Shown here one piece after another: positions 11,908-23,073 of a DNA stretch of 64,000 bases; position 1 is the stretch's first letter; each line of letters starts with the position of its first letter. Below the pieces are notes generated by a model that had not been told where the DNA came from, searched no databases, and worked only from the letters and a program-made list of their open reading frames with translations. Source of the DNA: Folioceros fuciformis (lineage: Eukaryota); the NCBI GenBank assembly GCA_049999805.1, contig JBNGIO010006274.1, forward strand, positions 205,818 to 269,817, written 5' to 3'. The translations under genes and the position numbers were made by a program.

Positions 11908-13011
11908 ATGCCTCCGTATAAGATGGAGATGGAGTGCACGGCCTACTGCAGGTAGGGATTTCATGGCACGGCAGGACAGGGCCGTTGCTGGGGGAATTTG
12001 TGACGTATGTGCTTGGCCTGGGGTGATGGCAGCTGTGGCTATTGCTGCAAATGGGAGTGGGGGATCAAGCTTCCAGGAAGTTGGTATCTTGGTGTCTGCC
12101 CGTGGTGGATTCCTCTGAGAATACGGCGGCGTAAGAAGGGTGTGTACACGGACAAACGAGTGCCTTTGGTGGCCAAGTAGGTGCTTTCTTTGCCAAGGAT
12201 TCGCAGGTGCCTGCACGGTGGCATGCTGTTCGATGACCAGATTGTTGTTGAAGCAGGTACTGGACAGCCACAGGACTGACAGGAAGTCCATACTATGGCT
12301 ACACATCCAACGGAAGATACCCTGGCCAGGTGAGCACTATCAGAGAGGGCTTGCAAAGAGACGGAATTGCCTTTCGCCTTTCCCGGTTTTTGACGACGAC
12401 ACCGCCTCTGGACGCATTGCAGGCCCGACCAGCAATACTGTCTGGGCTGAGCGTGTCACAGTACCAGAAGATTCCGGGCCGTTTGTTGCTCTTTCCTTGG
12501 CGTTTGCTTCCCAGGCGGGGTTCTATTGCTGCAGATACTGACTACTATCCTTTCGGCACACGAATGTTCATCCCAGGCTACGGTTGGGGCGAGGTAAGCT
12601 TGGTATGATCTGATGGGGCTGGGAGAGGAGAGGATCTGGCATTCTGAACAGCCTCTGCTGCCATGTTGTGCAGGTGGAGGACCGAGGGGCTGCCATCAAG
12701 GGCCCCAGAAGAATCGATCTATACCACCACTCGCATCAAGCAGCCCTGAAATGGGGGCGTCGAAAATTGGAGGCATGTCACTGCACCTTGTTGTGCCAGA
12801 CTAGTCTTACCCATCCCTGCCCTGTGCGGTGAAGGTGGAGATTCTGTGCATAGTGGTGTGACCTCAAGCATGTTGTTCATGTGGTGCGACGGGTTAATTG
12901 CAGGTGCTGATTGTGCTTCCAGGGCATAGCACTCTCGACTGTCTCCGGATTCCTCGACCACTGAAGGCAGTACTGAAAGGGCTCAACTGGCTGAGATGCT
13001 TGCTTTTCTGA
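11908..13011 (+). CDS. 3D (Asp-Asp-Asp) domain protein, bacterial MltA-like lytic transglycosylase fold; 6 exons, ~212 aa
   Basis: Exons 11908-11951, 12033-12176, 12257-12329, 12423-12593, 12674-12772 and 12904-13011 splice in frame to MPPYKMEMECTAYCSCGYCCKWEW...YYGYTSNGRYPGQ...GSIAADTDYYPFGTRMFIPGYGWGEVEDRGAAIKGPRRIDLYHHSHQAALKWGRRKLEVLIV...LLF*. The last intron has a GC donor. Confidence 0.88.
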
Positions 13012-13118
13012 ATTAGAGCAAGGTCTAGGCTAGTGGACACGACGCACAACGCTGACATTCTAGGGACAGGAAGTAAGTGGAGAAATCAGTTGTGCTAAGT
13101 CGAGAAGTGTAGAACTGT

Positions 13119-13998
13119 CTATGAGGATGTGAGGGATTGGGCTTGCAATAATGAAGGGACTCGGTTGATGAGAGGAGCTTGGCGGGCCAGTTCCTTGCTT
13201 GCCGCAATCACGCTGGGTGTGAGCGGATGCGTGGCGGAGGGTGCAAACTGTGAGTGCGGGAGAGAGCTGGCCAGCGCCAGGCGCGCAGGCACGATGTTCT
13301 GCCACCACATCTCGCTCAACAGCCTGAAAACGAGGAGCCAGTATCGTCGGTCTCGTTCGATGGAGAAGAGCGCGGAGCCATGCGTGGGGGTGTACACCCA
13401 CAGGTGAAGCCAGGGACGGTCCAGGACCTCCAGCAAGCCCTGCGCCTGCGGCATGTAATAGAAGGGCACAGAGGACCAGGGAGCCTTCTGGTACGGACAC
13501 TTCACCTCCAGAATGCCTCTGTCCGGGAGCAGGCCGTCCGGGGACGCTCCCAGCCAGTCTAGCAGGGGGTCGCCTTCCTTATACACGCAAAAGCCCAAGC
13601 TACGGTCCACCTGCTGGCCGGTGGCGGTCTCGTAGTGTGCCACCCCCTCCGGCTCGTGGAGGCTGCCCCACGCCATAGCCGCGTTGCCTTCACCTGGAAC
13701 CGGGGCCCCAAACACCTTCTCCCGCCACAGGGTCGCGCGCCCGTCCCTCCACATGCCCAGCGCCGACCCGAAGGAGCTGGCCGTGATCCGATCCCGCCGC
13801 ACAGCGTGCCATTCCGCACTTCCTTGTTCCATGTTCAGCATGTCTTAGCAGACGCAATTGGTTGCAGTCAGCCACCTGAGAGATGTTAGGGGTATGGAAT
13901 CAACAGGTAAATGGCATCACAAGGAGGAGCGGACGAGAAGCACCTTTACCCGTGCAGAACGGTCGTACCAGGCGCCATCGCAGACTAGCTGTCAACAT
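13119..13998 (-). CDS. YqaJ-like viral recombinase / lambda-exonuclease-family nuclease (At1g67660-like), probable N-terminal organellar presequence
   Basis: QGSAEWHAVRRDRITASSFGSALG, AMAWGSLHEPEG, WLGASPDGLL, GILEVKCPY, YYMPQAQGLLE (PD-(D/E)xK core). A short first exon 13950-13998 (MLTASLRWRLVRPFCT) splices in frame to the exon starting at 13843. Confidence 0.9.
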
Positions 13999-15168
13999 TA
14001 CGGGATCGCCAAAATAAAAGAGATCCTCCTCTTCCCTCTACCAACTTGAACCCATCTTCCAACGTCCACTCTCAGACTTCGTTGCCAATGAACACCGCGA
14101 ACACAGGCACGGTCCACGCTTCGTCGAGCCCTAATTCGTAGCGCAGCACTATCGCGTATTTATCTAGCACTATGCAAAGAAGCAGCCCTGGTACACTTGG
14201 TGTTTAGCAAGTCGGCATAGGATTACATTTAACCTCATAATGCTAACCGTTTCGGACGGGTAGGTACGTTTCGTTTAGAGGTCCAAAGACATCTGGACCT
14301 CACAAATAAAAAAATACTGGCACCTTCTTCTTTCCCATCTCCTGACAACATGGGTGAGTAAACTCTAGGACTCAACTTCAGTCATTTGTCTTTGTCTTCC
14401 TTGTGTTGCGAAAATGAGGACGGTATTTCTCATCACCACATCCTTGGAGTGATATTCAATGCCTAGTCCTCTCTTCAACCCTCATGGGATTCTTCCTCCT
14501 CATGAGTAGATGGAATCCCCCAGTCTCTTTTTCAATTGAATAAACAACTTCACCTCCTGAGGGGTTTGAATCCTTAGTTCAAATCTTTAAAATTATAAAC
14601 TTTAAGTTAGGCCAAACGAAGAGTGATTGCCATGATATAGGGCTCACCATGCCATAACATAGCACCTTAGTATGGCACCTAATTAATCTAAATGAAGAAT
14701 TAACATTGGTTTGGTCACCCACAAACAAATATTGAAAGGAGGTTGTGTTAAAGGTAGCACTGTATAAGGGTTATGGAGGCCACCTTCTCCATAAGTAGGA
14801 AAAGAATTCAAAAGGGGGCAAGTGGCAATAACAACAAACAAGCTAGAGAGAGGTTACCTTTGAGTAAGACCATGTGGAAGAAAACCTTAGAATTCAAGAG
14901 CAAGGTGACTTAAGGAACCAATGTAGGGTTCAAGATATGATGAGACAGGGAAGCATGATATAGTTGCACATTCCAATCCCTACCCGTCAACAGAGGCAAC
15001 ACTAGCAATGCTAGGATCAGGTCTGTCAATATTAGCAATGCCAGAGAACTTGGGTTCTAGGCTAGGGGGTGATTCACGGCTACTTGAAGTGGAGCGAATA
15101 TTTTGACTACACCACCTACTTGAAGGGGAACAAATATTTGTTCTCCTTCAACACCTCTCACATGTGCT

Positions 15169-15670
15169 GCTACCCATATTAGAATCCTGCCATTCGTTGT
15201 AAGGAAAGAGCATCACAGTAGTTTCATTTGACAACCACATTGGTTCCAAAGGCTGGAACCTTGAGCGCTACCCATGTTAGAATCTTGCCATTCGCTGTAA
15301 GGAAAGAGCATCACAGTAGTTCCATTTTGACAACCACATTGGTTCCAAAGGCCAGAACCTTGTCTGTGAGTCTAGGTGCATGTATCCTTCTTCAGTATAA
15401 AATTTTTGACAACTTGGCTAGCTGGCTACAAGAGATGTTCAGGTGTTTTGCAGAATACAAGAGATGTTCAGGTGTTTTGCAGAATACAAGAGATGTTCAG
15501 GTGTTTTGCAGAATACTAGTGACGTTGAAAGATATGGTGAGGGACATAGGAGAAAGAAGGCGAGAATGGGAATGCCAAGAATGATATACCATCTCCAAAG
15601 GATTCATTGCTTGGGAGATTCATTGCTTGGGAGATTTGAGAAGATTCATTGCTTGGAAGATTTGAGAAGC
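15169..15670. repeat. Cluster of short tandem duplications (98 bp x2, 29 bp x3, gattcattgcttgg x3) in degraded intergenic DNA
   Basis: 98-bp units start at 15169 and 15267. tacaagagatgttcaggtgttttgcagaa at 15427, 15456 and 15485. Confidence 0.85.
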
Positions 15671-16682
15671 TTGGTGATGTAAGGGCTGCTTCCAGTCCAG
15701 TGGAGTCATGAGAGTCATGTAAGAGAGTTGAGTATGATTTAATAGCCCCTTTGAGCACGGTCCCCAAAAGTTGAATCAAATATGAGATGATTGTTGTAGA
15801 AAAAATAATTTAAAGAATACTTTGAATCCATCCCCCAAGAATTGTATGTGATTTGAGTTGATTCTTGTGGATTGAATGGCCTGAATCCACCGGCCCAAGT
15901 TGGAGTGAATAAAAACGATCCAAGACGAAATCCAAAGCCCGAAAGAAAGGCCAAAGCCGCTTCTTCTGCACCAAGAAGGGGACACTACTGTCCCATGCCT
16001 TTTCAACTACTCGGCTTTTTGAAAAGAATTCCTCAAAAATATCAAGGACAAAGAGTATCAAAGCGGCAAACCCTACGGAAGGACCATCAGACCATCCCAA
16101 AGTCCACGGAATCTCAAATCTAAATCAGTCCAGACAGAACACTTCGTCCTCAATCAGGGAGACAAGATGAATGAAGAGGAGTGATGTAATACCCAAAAGA
16201 TTAGACAACTAAATACCTGAATTCAGCAAAAGGGCGTTCACAGCACCCTAAGCCTGGTATTCTTCATTCGACGAACCTAGATGTTGTAGCACCTGAAGCA
16301 AAGCAAACTATCGAACGTAGATCGGACAAGAAGGCCCGCCACAAACCGGACAGTATCCGTTTAGCCCTACAATACTCTGAAACAAAGTCTCTTTGACAAA
16401 GAGAATTATCCAAGAACTAGACTTAGTCCGTTGCAACGGAATGGCAACTATCTTCTGCATGACCTGGCTTTGGAGATCGCAATGCAAAATTGTCTAGCCA
16501 CTACCCTCCACACGCACCACAGCACATCGCGAGAACAAAGTACGATCATCAGACGACGGACACTCCATCCCAAAGTGCTTAATCGCATGTAAAACCTCAA
16601 ATACCCACGCGATCTATGGCATGGGGACATGCATGATATAGACAGGCAATAGCCTGTGACGTGTGAGTGTGGGATCAACCAG

Positions 16683-19600
16683 CTACCTCATGCCGCCAAA
16701 TTGCTGGTTTGGGTAGCCCCCCACACCATAACCCATCCAGGGAGTTGACCCCATGCTTGCACCCAAACCGCCTGCAGGACCCGCACCGACAAATCCCATC
16801 CCCATATGCGTACCACCAGCCATTCCAGAAGGCATTCCCACTCCATATCCAGGGCCCATGCCGACACCCATGCCCACTCCCATATTGTGTCCAGGTCCCA
16901 GTCCCATTCCCACTCCCAGACCCATGCCCCCTCCACCTACAGCCCCCATACCCACCATCGATGGACCTGGAGGAGCCGTCAAATTGCTTGCTGCAGCAAG
17001 GCCAAGCCCAGTTCCTGAACCCATAGCTTTGCCCATAGACGTAGGTGCGGGCTTTTCTGCCTTCTTTTTGACAGAATAAAGAGAACTTGATTTGAGATCG
17101 ATTCCCAACTCTGCCAATGGGTTGCTTTTAGCTGTCATCGCAAGTAACAAGAGTGATGTCAGAGAGTTGAGAAGCTATCAGATGAATCAGAAGCTATCAA
17201 CGACCCCAAATCCATTAAGCCCACACACCATCGAAGAAGCCAAAAAAACGGCAGAACTCAGATCACTTACGTCCTTCTATGTCAAGATTCACAAGACCTG
17301 TGCTGAGAGTATCAGCCCACAACCTAGATTTCTGCTCAAACGGCTTCTTCTGCTTCTCCGGTATGGGTGGAGTTGGCCCGGCAGATACTGGTGGGACTTG
17401 TTGAGTGGAAACTGACATGCTGGGATTGCTTCCACCCGAGCTACCCTCAAACGCACTGAATCCAGAGCCTCCAAACAAGTTTTCCCCGCCGTAACTGACT
17501 GGGGCAGTGCCATTGGATGGCAGAGGATACCCTGACCCTCCAGCAGAAGCTGAAGAAAGCTGGTTGTGTACTGGTGCACCACCAGTATCACTGGCTGGCG
17601 CAGTGCCACTGAACGGCAAGGAAGGCCCAAGCACAGACGCGGCAGGAATGAAGCCTCCAGCAGAAGGTGGAGCAAACAGGTTCTGAGCTGTTGTCCCGAA
17701 TATATCTGCAGAACCTGCAGATGCAGAACTTCCAGAACTCCCTGCAAACGGGTCTCCAGCTGTGTACTGCGCGTGAGTTCCAAAAACCCAAGGTTTACTG
17801 ATCCGGTAGAAGGTACCACCCAGAGACCGTTGTAAATGTCATGCCAGAAACGAAGACTAACATGCAAGTGCTAACACAGTTGACCCATCCATAAATTCAG
17901 ACTGTTATCCAGACATTCATATCTATGTCAGAACACGCGGGTTGAATGCTCCATACACAACCGGGGTCTCAACTCTCGTAGCTGGTTCTAGTTTCTAGAA
18001 ATGCACCGTCCATGATGCAAAAAAACCAGATTTATGATAATTTGAATCACTGTTAAATCTCCACCCATCACAGTCGTTGCATTTACTAACTACTCACTGT
18101 CATAACCTCACGATTTACTCCTCCATCAGCCTTTAGTACCAGGAGAGTTTGTCTGCAACAAAGCCCTTGTTAATGAATATTACAAAAAGATTCAAAACAG
18201 TTCGCCTTGAGACCATTTTCGGGTTATTTAATCAATAGAGCATCGGTGGACGATATGCCCAAGTTTCTGTATAGTCAGCTATAACAACACGCAGCATGCG
18301 ACTGGCAGATTATGAATGACAACAATGAGAAGGTCTACTGACGACTTCCCCCCAACAATCATGCGGGTGTCCGTCTGTCAGCCACAGTAACAACTGCATT
18401 CCCAAAATCAAAGCCATTGAGTAGCTCTTAAGTAATCAATCACAAACACCCAAAATGACACCATACAATCAACCAGAAACCAACTCCACCAAGATCCCAA
18501 TACACATCAAACAGATGCTCCGGAATGCTGAGCTACCCGGAGTTAGCCTGGGAGCAAGTAAATGTAATGCATTTCTAGTATACATTCGAATGCTCACCTG
18601 ACTTGAAGATAACGCTCCAGATGGAGGAGGAGCTGCCAGTTGTGGGGTAGATGCAGGACCAGCCACGAATGCAGTTTGGAAGGGGCCATCTGAGAAAAGG
18701 TCTTCAACCCCACCAACAGTTATAGACGCACTAGCAGCCTGAGGATTCTGACCAAAGACACTATCTTCAGCTCGAGGGGCTCCGGTTGCTGCATATAGGA
18801 TAATGGTGGAAGGTTCAGACACAACAAAATTGAACAGTGCTTACAAAGGAAAATGTCAAGATCTGTAGCCACCATTCCAAGAAGTACCTACCAGGTCCGC
18901 TGACACTCTGTCGTGGATTGAAATCATCGAAGTCTTCATCCACCTTGCTGGAAAAGAAAGAACCTCCAGTGGCCGGTTTGCTGCCAGCTGCAGTAGGGGG
19001 GTTCTGCAGCAGGTTTCCAGATGCTCGAGAACTTGAACTTGCTCGGGCTACTGCTGCAGCCAGGCCGCCCTCCCTGTAGATAGAAATGGTGAGTCTTAAT
19101 CCTAGGAAAGATGGACCTTTCCAAGTATTAACTGGCAACAAAGTAGTAATTAACGCAACGAAGATCCTGACGACCTTCGATCTTCAAATTGTCCCTGACT
19201 AGTATCATTTCCCAGATCTTCATAGTTCGGAGGATTGTTGACTCTTCCCTTAGAGTGGCGCTGATCACTTCTCCTGCTCATGAAAAGAGAGAACCAGTTC
19301 AACAGAACAGAAACTAAGACTGCTGCATAGCTCAGAAAATCTTGACATAGATGCATAACCTAGGCTGAGGCCATACCGCTCATCTGGGGAGTATTCCTCC
19401 GCTTTGCCTCCGCTTGTACCTCTGGTCAGACAGGGCATTGGGTAAGAAAATGCCTGAAGCTTTTCTCCAAACTCCTCCTTTATATGTGCAATTAGTCCAG
19501 TGAGATTCTAACCTGTAAGAACGGTCATCATCTTCAAAGGAACGATCCTTGTCAACGGCATCATACTTTTCTCCACCATACTTATCATTTTGGCGGTCAC

Positions 19601-21935
19601 TGCCTTTCACTCGAAAGCGGTCATCCTCATACCTATCTCGATCACTAAGGTACCCGTCATCTTTACTAGAACGGTCCCCATCTCGCCCATACCGATCATC
19701 CTCCCTTTGCCTGTCACCATCTCGTTCTCTACCAGTGCCATAGCGGTCGTCATCCCTTCCCCCATATCGACTAGTAGTACCAAGCCGTTCCTCATCTCGA
19801 TCCCCGCCGTAACCTCCACCAGTACTAGAGTAGGAACTTGGCTTGAATATGGAACCTGTTGATGATACCCCACGATACCTGTATTATCCGATAGAATATT
19901 AGCTGAAATTAATGACAACTCAACACGGCAAAATCCTGTGTCTTGATACTTACTTATCTCTGTTGGCTGCCGCTTTCTGCCTTGCTTCTCGAATCTTCTC
20001 CTTGTCATTCAGAAGGGCAACAAGTGTTTGGGCCTTCTTCCTTACATTGATACCTTGATCTTTCCCACTTGGTTCCAGGTATTGAAAGTCAACAAGAGTC
20101 TGAGTCACCAACACAGTGCACAGCGAGTACAGTCTGTACTTCAGCAAAGTCTGGTGTGGCAGATGCGCTTGCTCACGGGATTTCACAACACAACATAACC
20201 AAGTCATCCCTCACTAGTTGCAGCTGCTACAGCCAAGGGCAGTCAGATTCTTCCACAGAGACAATTATAGACAAATGACAGAGTTAACACACGATCATTG
20301 ACCAGACGCTTCCACCAAAAGTACCAGAAACATCCATCTCGGCTGCACAATTACACAAAGACTGCCGTGAAATATAAAGCCTGACATGAGATGTACACTA
20401 CAGTGCAGCCATATGGAAGAACGACTTCGATTCCGTGACATCAGGGCACAGAGTCAGTGTAGCGTGCAGAAGAAGCATTCCCCAAACGCTAGCTCGCAAC
20501 TTGCCCACTAGCTTCCAGACGTATTAAAAATATCTTAGATCTAAAAAGCTTCGGTACGTCATGTGGGTAAGTAGACTACGCCAAGACAGCACCCAAACCG
20601 AGAGGGAGGGAAGACTTGAGAATGAGAAGCCAAGCATATCACCCTGTTCTGTTGGTTCAGTCAGGGCATTACCTGCACTTGGTAGGCATGCTCCGTGAAT
20701 TCATCAATGATCCTCTCCGCTCCATTCGAAATGAGGAATTCCAGGAGTGTGAGAGCCTACCGTGCCAAGAGCAATAATTAAAATGATACAGAGAGAGAAA
20801 ACACATTATTGCCTCAGAACCTACCATTGCGTCAGAACAAAATGAAGACAAACGCACCTTGTAGACATGACGCCAATTCTTTCCACTATCATTCAGGCGT
20901 TTCCACAAGATTCCCATGATCATTTGGTACTCGTTGCTGATACAGATCAAGCAGATGTCACGCATGATAGCCATATATTCAACTAGTTATGCATTACACA
21001 CAACCCTGTTTTTCCTCTGGCTTCACGAGCGCAATGACAGAAAAAACAAAAGACTTTCCAGGCCCGTTAATCCACATATTCCAATGCACGCCATTGAATG
21101 TGGCCTGAAAAACCAGTGAGAACATTGCAATAAAGTTCCACAGCTTACAAGTTTCTTGTGGCTTGAGCGATATCTGCCATGAGAGTGCCATGGGGACCCC
21201 AGGGCTCATTGCTGGTTGCCTCAAGGACCTGCCAGGGCAAGGCTCGTTTTAAGCTGGTGGCAATCCAGACTCCACATAGCGTCATCATAAACCAAACCAT
21301 GCATGACAACAGGGCTTTTCGTAGAAATGCCTAAGTCAAAGATGTGTTTCACCTCACAATGACACCTTTTCTTTTTGCAGGGCAACCACAATGCTCACAA
21401 AAGGTTAGGCACAAAGACATCGGTACAAGGTGCAAACTAACGTACTTTCTGCTCGATTTCAGGCACTTTCAGCACCTTCTTGTTCACCTCCCTTTTCCTG
21501 CACAGTAAAGAAAGGCAGCTCAGACCACCTTGCAGTCCCAGTGCCCGAACCTGTCACCTGCGGGACGGGAACTGGCAGCATGACAGCTACGGGGATGACT
21601 TTGATCGGTCAACAAGTGCACGAGATCCTTCCACATGCAAGGAGTTTGGCCAGATGACAAGGACAATGGAGCAGAACACTACACAAGACAGGCGCAACGC
21701 AGCAGCTGGCCTGTACTCTCAACACTGGAGATGCACCAATGGGCAACGGAGCGACACCGGCTACAGACGACGAACACGCTAAACCCAGCTTGAGACAGGG
21801 CGTGCCTTAGAGGCAGCATCACAGGGACCCAAACAGCAGAAATCATTATACGAATAAATGAAATGACAAGCGAGGTGAGCGGTGAGATCCTCACAGTTCT
21901 CTCACTGTCTGATCTAGCACTTTCTTCAAATCCAT
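16683..21935 (-). CDS. EPSIN2: Clathrin interactor EPSIN2/3-like (ENTH domain), multi-exon
   Basis: [57 protein letters not shown]...[16 protein letters not shown]...[19 protein letters not shown]...[10 protein letters not shown], followed by [19 protein letters not shown] and a Gly/Met-rich C-terminus. Confidence 0.93.
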
Positions 21936-23073
21936 TGCTCCGACGCAGCCCTCCTCCTACGCATCGATCCAACAAACCAATCAGCGCAGCCGATCGGCAC
22001 TCCCGCTGGATGCCAGGTCACTTGCATTCCGTCACAACGACAGATCCGACAGGAACCCTACACAATCCATCATCCCCAGATTTGGCATGAAAGGCAGATG
22101 CCTTCCAACGGAGGCGATCCGGATCGCACTAACCTCACGGCAGGCGCTCAAAGCGCACCCTAGTGGAAGTCAGCAATGGACGGTCGGGTTCATGGAACAA
22201 GCCAGCAAGCATTCCCCAGCCAGAGTTGGCGAAACGGACAGCCAGAGCCTTGCGCTCCGCCCCGGTGCGGTGCGATGCGAGGGTGCAGACTTGGGAGAGC
22301 CCAGATCTGGAGAGCTGCCCTGCAGGCTGTGCCCAGTTTCAGCCCGAAGACGAGGAATAACTCAGGACCTCCATCACGTTCGCAGTTAGGTGGGCGAAGC
22401 TCTGAGGAATGGACTTGTGGTGGATGGATGACGCAGGACGCAGGGGCTTGGTTGTCGTCACGACCAGCCAGCTGGCCCCCTCAAGCCGCTGAAATTTCCC
22501 GTTTTGCATCCAAACACGAGCCTCTCAAAAAATGCCTTGTACATAAGTAGGAGGAGGTACGTATCGATAGCTTTGACGTGCCTGCCCGTCCAGTGGTTGG
22601 ACCCGCAGTTTGGAAGCAAAGAACGTTTTGGTTTTGGTACGTGTACAGTATTCGGAATTTGGTAGAAAGCAGCAGCGTCCAAACAGGCCTCTACGCACGG
22701 TACACTACTCTACTACTGTACATGTACAGTAAGTACAGTACAGCACAGCACAGCACTGGAGTGTGTGAAGAGGCGGACATTTGAAACGAGTCGGACATAA
22801 CATTCCCTCGCCTGGGCCAGGGGCTGGAAGACGTCGTCTCCACTTTCATCAGTGCAGTGGCCTGTCTGCCTGCCTGCCTGGCCTGGCCTGGCCTGGCACT
22901 CTACATACATACACTACACGCCTTGGAGCGCGCGACCCTGTCTGGGTGCGCACCTGAATGGGGCTGGCTTCCAAGTTGCGCCCTCCTCGCAATGCAATGC
23001 AGCAGCAGGGTTCGGTAGCTTGAGAGGACCGAGCCCGCCTTCTGTCCAGACGCGTCTCCCGGCGGCATTGGCG

